DNA of 48,678 nt from a virus (taxonomy: Duplodnaviria > Caudoviricetes). The stretch spans positions 1 through 48,678 of the IMG/VR virus record IMGVR_UViG_3300020397_000572; one strand, 5' to 3'. The position numbers and the translations under genes were made by a program. Below, one piece after another: positions 45,276 to 48,678 of this stretch. Below the pieces are notes generated by a model, which saw only the letters and a program-made list of their open reading frames with translations, did not search any database and was not told the DNA's origin. The stretch's first letter is position 1. Each line of letters opens with the position of its first letter.

Positions 45276-45549
45276 ACATAACTTTCTGACCAACAACTTG
45301 TGGTCTTGTCTGTGTAGGATCAATGATAACTTCTGCACAGGACAAATATTCGACTCCTACGTCTTTGCCGTAAACCATCTTGCCATGATTCATAACACCA
45401 TTCAATAGTTTGTCTCCGTAGATATCAAAGAACTGTTCGCATTGTTGGTAATCCGAAAATTGTATTTGCCAACTGTATAAGTTTTCTTTAACGTCAGGAG
45501 TGTTTACGTAGAATAATGTTGCTAAAAAAATGACAGTCAAACTATTCAT
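45265..45549 (-). CDS. Exported hypothetical protein
   Basis: AGGA RBS; hydrophobic N-terminus; start moved to MNSLTV. Confidence 0.6.
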   Translation of the reverse strand: MNSLTVIFLATLFYVNTPDVKENLYSWQIQFSDYQQCEQFFDIYGDKLLNGVMNHGKMVYGKDVGVEYLSCAEVIIDPTQTRPQVVGQKVMYEK

Positions 45550-45550
45550 A

Positions 45551-46228
45551 CTATTGGTCCTTCCTAATATAAACCGAAGTTTCGTCAATAATACTTATGT
45601 TAACACTTGGTCCAAGAACCTCATGAAAGGCTTGTTTGCTACCTTGCCAAGAATGATAGTCGTCCAAAACCATGTATCCTCCTGGCACTACTCTTGGCCA
45701 TAATACTTGTAATTCTTTCAATGTAGACTCATACCAATCTGTATCAAGTCTTAAAAATGCAATTTTGTTTGGTATATTAGTTGTATCATTCAGTGTCCTA
45801 CAAACGTCACCTTTAATAAAATTTATTTTAGCAGGTGGCATTGAAAATTTGTATAAGTTTTGTTCCACTTCTTCTATTTCAGCTCTACACCATTGTGCAG
45901 TTCCCCATTTGGCTTTGGGACTGTCTTTTGCATAACCTATTGTGCCATCTTTGTTTATTTTGTAATCTGCATCTGTTGGTTGCGTCATTCCTCCAAATGT
46001 ATCATATAACCAAAAGTTTCTATTGGTGTTTGTGTTGGCTAACCAGGACACAATGATTTGTCCACCTTTCCAAACTCCACATTCTACTATGTCACCTTGT
46101 ATGTTTTGTTCGTCTAGTTCCTTAATAGTATAAAATGTGTGTGCAAGTCTAGTGCCACTTGTCATGCTGAATTCAGATGCCTGATCAACTGCACTTTTAC
46201 AATTTTGATAGGTTTGCCAAGATTTCAT
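45551..46228 (-). CDS. TylF/NovP-family O-methyltransferase
   Basis: GDIVECGVWKGG, YDTFGGM, LRLDTDWYEST, DDY. Confidence 0.92.
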   Translation of the reverse strand: MKSWQTYQNCKSAVDQASEFSMTSGTRLAHTFYTIKELDEQNIQGDIVECGVWKGGQIIVSWLANTNTNRNFWLYDTFGGMTQPTDADYKINKDGTIGYAKDSPKAKWGTAQWCRAEIEEVEQNLYKFSMPPAKINFIKGDVCRTLNDTTNIPNKIAFLRLDTDWYESTLKELQVLWPRVVPGGYMVLDDYHSWQGSKQAFHEVLGPSVNISIIDETSVYIRKDQ

Positions 46229-46986
46229 TATTTTCTTTCTATGTCAGCTTCAGTACATTCTTCTCCATACTGTACTTCAAGTATGTGACAAGGTTCATCA
46301 GTTTCATTTATGCCTTGATGCCAAACTTCTTTGCCTATGTCATAACCATGTGTGAGAGCTTTTAATGTAACAGTTTGTAGTCCAGCTTTGCCATCAGTAA
46401 GTACATCACAACTGCCTTTTAAAACGTACCAATGTTCAGAACGTTTAAAATGACGTTGCATACTTAATTTTGACTTTGGACTTATTACTAATTCTTTTAC
46501 CTTGTAACCAGGCTTGTCATCTAGCACTCTATACCAACCCCAGTTGCGTTTTGTTTTAGGATGTTTGTATTCTTCTAATATCCAACTGCTTGAATTTTGT
46601 TTATGACTGCCTCCAACACCAAATACAAATTCAACTTTGTCCGACCAAAGTTTCATTTCAGGTATGTTGTCTTTTGTTCTGTCGCCACCATTAGCAAACA
46701 CAATATCACAGTTGTATCCAGACGTAGCCATTAGTTTAAAAATTGCACCAGAGGCACTATCGTCATCATCGTCCCAGCATAAGACATCGTCTACCATTTG
46801 TAAATTTTTTACTATTTCAACACGTTCTTGAATTGGCATGAAAGGTTTTCCTTTCTTACGTGCCAGCCATTTGTCACTATTAAGCCCAACGACTAATTTG
46901 TCGCCGAGCTTTTTTGCTTCTTTGAAATAAGAAATGTGTCCTGAATGTAAAGGATCAAATCCACCTGTAACTAATACAACTTTCAT
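46228..46986 (-). CDS. Cytidylyltransferase-like domain fused to a mannose-6-phosphate-isomerase cupin
   Basis: TGGFDPLHSGH, FANGGDR; then WGWY, LSMQRHFKRSEHW, EVQYG. Confidence 0.9.
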   Translation of the reverse strand: MKVVLVTGGFDPLHSGHISYFKEAKKLGDKLVVGLNSDKWLARKKGKPFMPIQERVEIVKNLQMVDDVLCWDDDDDSASGAIFKLMATSGYNCDIVFANGGDRTKDNIPEMKLWSDKVEFVFGVGGSHKQNSSSWILEEYKHPKTKRNWGWYRVLDDKPGYKVKELVISPKSKLSMQRHFKRSEHWYVLKGSCDVLTDGKAGLQTVTLKALTHGYDIGKEVWHQGINETDEPCHILEVQYGEECTEADIERK

Positions 46987-47002
46987 AGTTGTATTTAAGT
47001 GT

Positions 47003-47647
47003 CTATCTATTTTCTGCTTCGATGAATTGAGCTATTGTTTCTGGGTCAGACACTTCGTATGGATCATTGTCTTCGTCTTTGTGATTGAATCCTGGTTCCA
47101 CATAGGCTTCCATTATGATATTATTCTTAATGTAGCAACTGTATCTCCATGATCTCATTGCAAATCCTTTGCCTCTTTTTGAACAAAGCATACCCATAGA
47201 GTCAGTAAAATCTCCATTACCATCTGCTAACATTTTTACTTTTTCAATGCCTAATGATTCTGCCCAAGCATTCATTACGAATCCATCATTTACAGATACG
47301 CAATAAACCTCATCAATGCCAGCATTTTTAAATCTATCATACATTTCTTCATATGCAGGTAGCATCTTTGACGAACACACAGGAGTGAATGCTCCTGGTA
47401 AACTGAAAAGTATTACGTTTTTGTCCTTAAATAAATCTTGTGAATTTTGTTTTACAAACTCACCCGCAATTCTCTGTACAAAGTCAGCTGAAGGAATCAT
47501 ATCCCATTTTTGTAATCTTTGTCTTTCGCCAGGTAATGATGTCCGTTCAAAGTGATCAATAGTAGGTCGAACGTTACCTCCATATTGACGTGTTACATTT
47601 TCACTTGCTTGTTGTTCCCAAGCAGGCTTGGTTTCGCTTAACTTCAT
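47003..47647 (-). CDS. Peroxiredoxin (Prx5/redoxin family)
   Basis: FSLPGAFTPVCS, SVNDGFVMNAW, RSWRY. Confidence 0.92.
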   Translation of the reverse strand: MKLSETKPAWEQQASENVTRQYGGNVRPTIDHFERTSLPGERQRLQKWDMIPSADFVQRIAGEFVKQNSQDLFKDKNVILFSLPGAFTPVCSSKMLPAYEEMYDRFKNAGIDEVYCVSVNDGFVMNAWAESLGIEKVKMLADGNGDFTDSMGMLCSKRGKGFAMRSWRYSCYIKNNIIMEAYVEPGFNHKDEDNDPYEVSDPETIAQFIEAENR

Positions 47648-47672
47648 ATAATTTTTTTTCCTTTAGTTATGT

Positions 47673-48128
47673 TTATAAGCTGGCATCTTCCATGCCTGCA
47701 ACTCTTAACTTGACTATGTTTGTGAGTTGCCATTGTTTTTGATCTAGTGCCTTTGTTACGCCTAACCATTTATTACGCATTAATGCAAATTCATTAATTA
47801 TCTTTTCATAATCAACAACGTCAGCTTCACCGTCAACATACTTTTCAACGTCTCTACTGCTTAATGCTCGTGCATAATTTTCTAAATATTTTTTGAAGAA
47901 TGAACTACGCAGTCTTCTGAGTTCAATGTTCAAGTATTCTAATATTGCTTCAAGCTCTTGCAATTGGTTGAACCTTTGCTCAACTATGCCAGGCATTTCA
48001 GCCGCCGCACGTTCTACATTTCCTTTGATTCTGATTTGTGCCTTTGCGGCATCCAATTCATCTTCAAAGTATTGTATGGCGTCAGGAATCTTGCTGATGT
48101 CTTTTGCTATATCAGAATACCATCCCAT
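47673..48128 (-). CDS. uvsY: UvsY-like recombination mediator
   Basis: Helical 151-aa protein downstream of UvsX; YLENY.RALSSRDVEKYVDGE. Confidence 0.7.
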   Translation of the reverse strand: MGWYSDIAKDISKIPDAIQYFEDELDAAKAQIRIKGNVERAAAEMPGIVEQRFNQLQELEAILEYLNIELRRLRSSFFKKYLENYARALSSRDVEKYVDGEADVVDYEKIINEFALMRNKWLGVTKALDQKQWQLTNIVKLRVAGMEDASL

Positions 48129-48355
48129 TAATAATCCTCTTCTGTGTCTTCATCTAGTTCTACATCTTCTTCCAAGTAATAACCAATTGCCTTATCAAGT
48201 TCATTATCTGAGCCTAGTGCATCTCGAAATGCTTCATCGTCTGTACCAAAGTCTGCACATAAATCTACATATCTTTCAGCAACAGTTTCGATGTGTTTTT
48301 TGTCAATGTATTCTTTAAATACTTGCCAAAACTCGATTATCTGTGAACCATCCAT
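48128..48355 (-). CDS. Small acidic hypothetical protein
   Basis: AGGA RBS; lies between uvsX and uvsY. Confidence 0.75.
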   Translation of the reverse strand: MDGSQIIEFWQVFKEYIDKKHIETVAERYVDLCADFGTDDEAFRDALGSDNELDKAIGYYLEEDVELDEDTEEDY

Positions 48356-48361
48356 TTGTCC

Positions 48362-48678
48362 TTACTCCTCAGGTTGTTTTTCAACTTCTTCTACAGATTC
48401 TTCTGTGGATAACTTTTCGAAGTCACTCATAATTAGCTCTAGTTGTTCACCAGACCAGTCTTTTCGATAATTCAAGTGTTCTTTCCCCATAGAATCTACG
48501 TATTTAAGTCGATTACCCTGTTGAGTAAGTAGGCCTTTTTTCTCAAATAAGTCAACAAGTCCACTGTAAGGATCCATGCCTTGTTCATATGGAATTTTTA
48601 CTTGTACTGATTCAAATGGTTTTGCATATCTTGTTTTCATAACTTTACAAGCGGCTCTGATACCTCTTACGTCAGTTA
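48362..48678 (-). CDS. uvsX: RecA/UvsX recombinase, C-terminal part (runs off the window)
   Basis: VRGIRAACKVMKTRYAKPF...IPYEQGMDPYSGL. Confidence 0.8.
   Translation of the reverse strand, partial: TDVRGIRAACKVMKTRYAKPFESVQVKIPYEQGMDPYSGLVDLFEKKGLLTQQGNRLKYVDSMGKEHLNYRKDWSGEQLELIMSDFEKLSTEESVEEVEKQPEE

Noticed and set aside
17684-48678. Many short plus-strand ORFs in the track
   Set aside because: Antisense to well-supported minus-strand genes and lacking RBS; only 28296..28673 is accepted
1-48678. Stop-codon reassignment
   Set aside because: Recognisable genes are full length under the standard code, with dense packing and all three stops in use

Overview
A 48.7 kb stretch of an AT-rich, T4-like tailed phage genome. 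The host is probably a marine alphaproteobacterium, inferred from pseudoazurin, IscU, SufE, ClpP, GlyA and peroxiredoxin genes. Layout: the end of a tRNA cluster (1-247); an early region (0.28-11.5 kb) of small genes, most driven by a GGTTGACA-17-TATWAT sigma70-type promoter and a GAGGGC ribosome-binding site, interrupted by a non-coding control island (5.4-6.4 kb); a mixed region of late and auxiliary genes (11.8-17.7 kb) with TAAATA late promoters and a glutamine riboswitch; then a long minus-strand block with replication/recombination genes (two DnaE-like proteins, gp41 helicase, gp61 primase, UvsW, UvsY, UvsX), metabolic genes and a glycosyl-/methyltransferase cluster. Best leads: (1) a class II Asn/Asp aaRS-like enzyme lacking its anticodon-binding domain, next to a basic peptide and a 101-nt tRNA(GUU) with an 11-bp variable arm; (2) an early gene whose sense strand has no TC or CC over 417 nt; (3) a two-hairpin element whose loops are complementary to the phage's own early RBS, alongside leaderless genes that would escape it; (4) tandem NrdR-like boxes and iteron-like repeats among promoters that feed no obvious ORF. 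All product calls come from motif recognition by eye; no searches were run.
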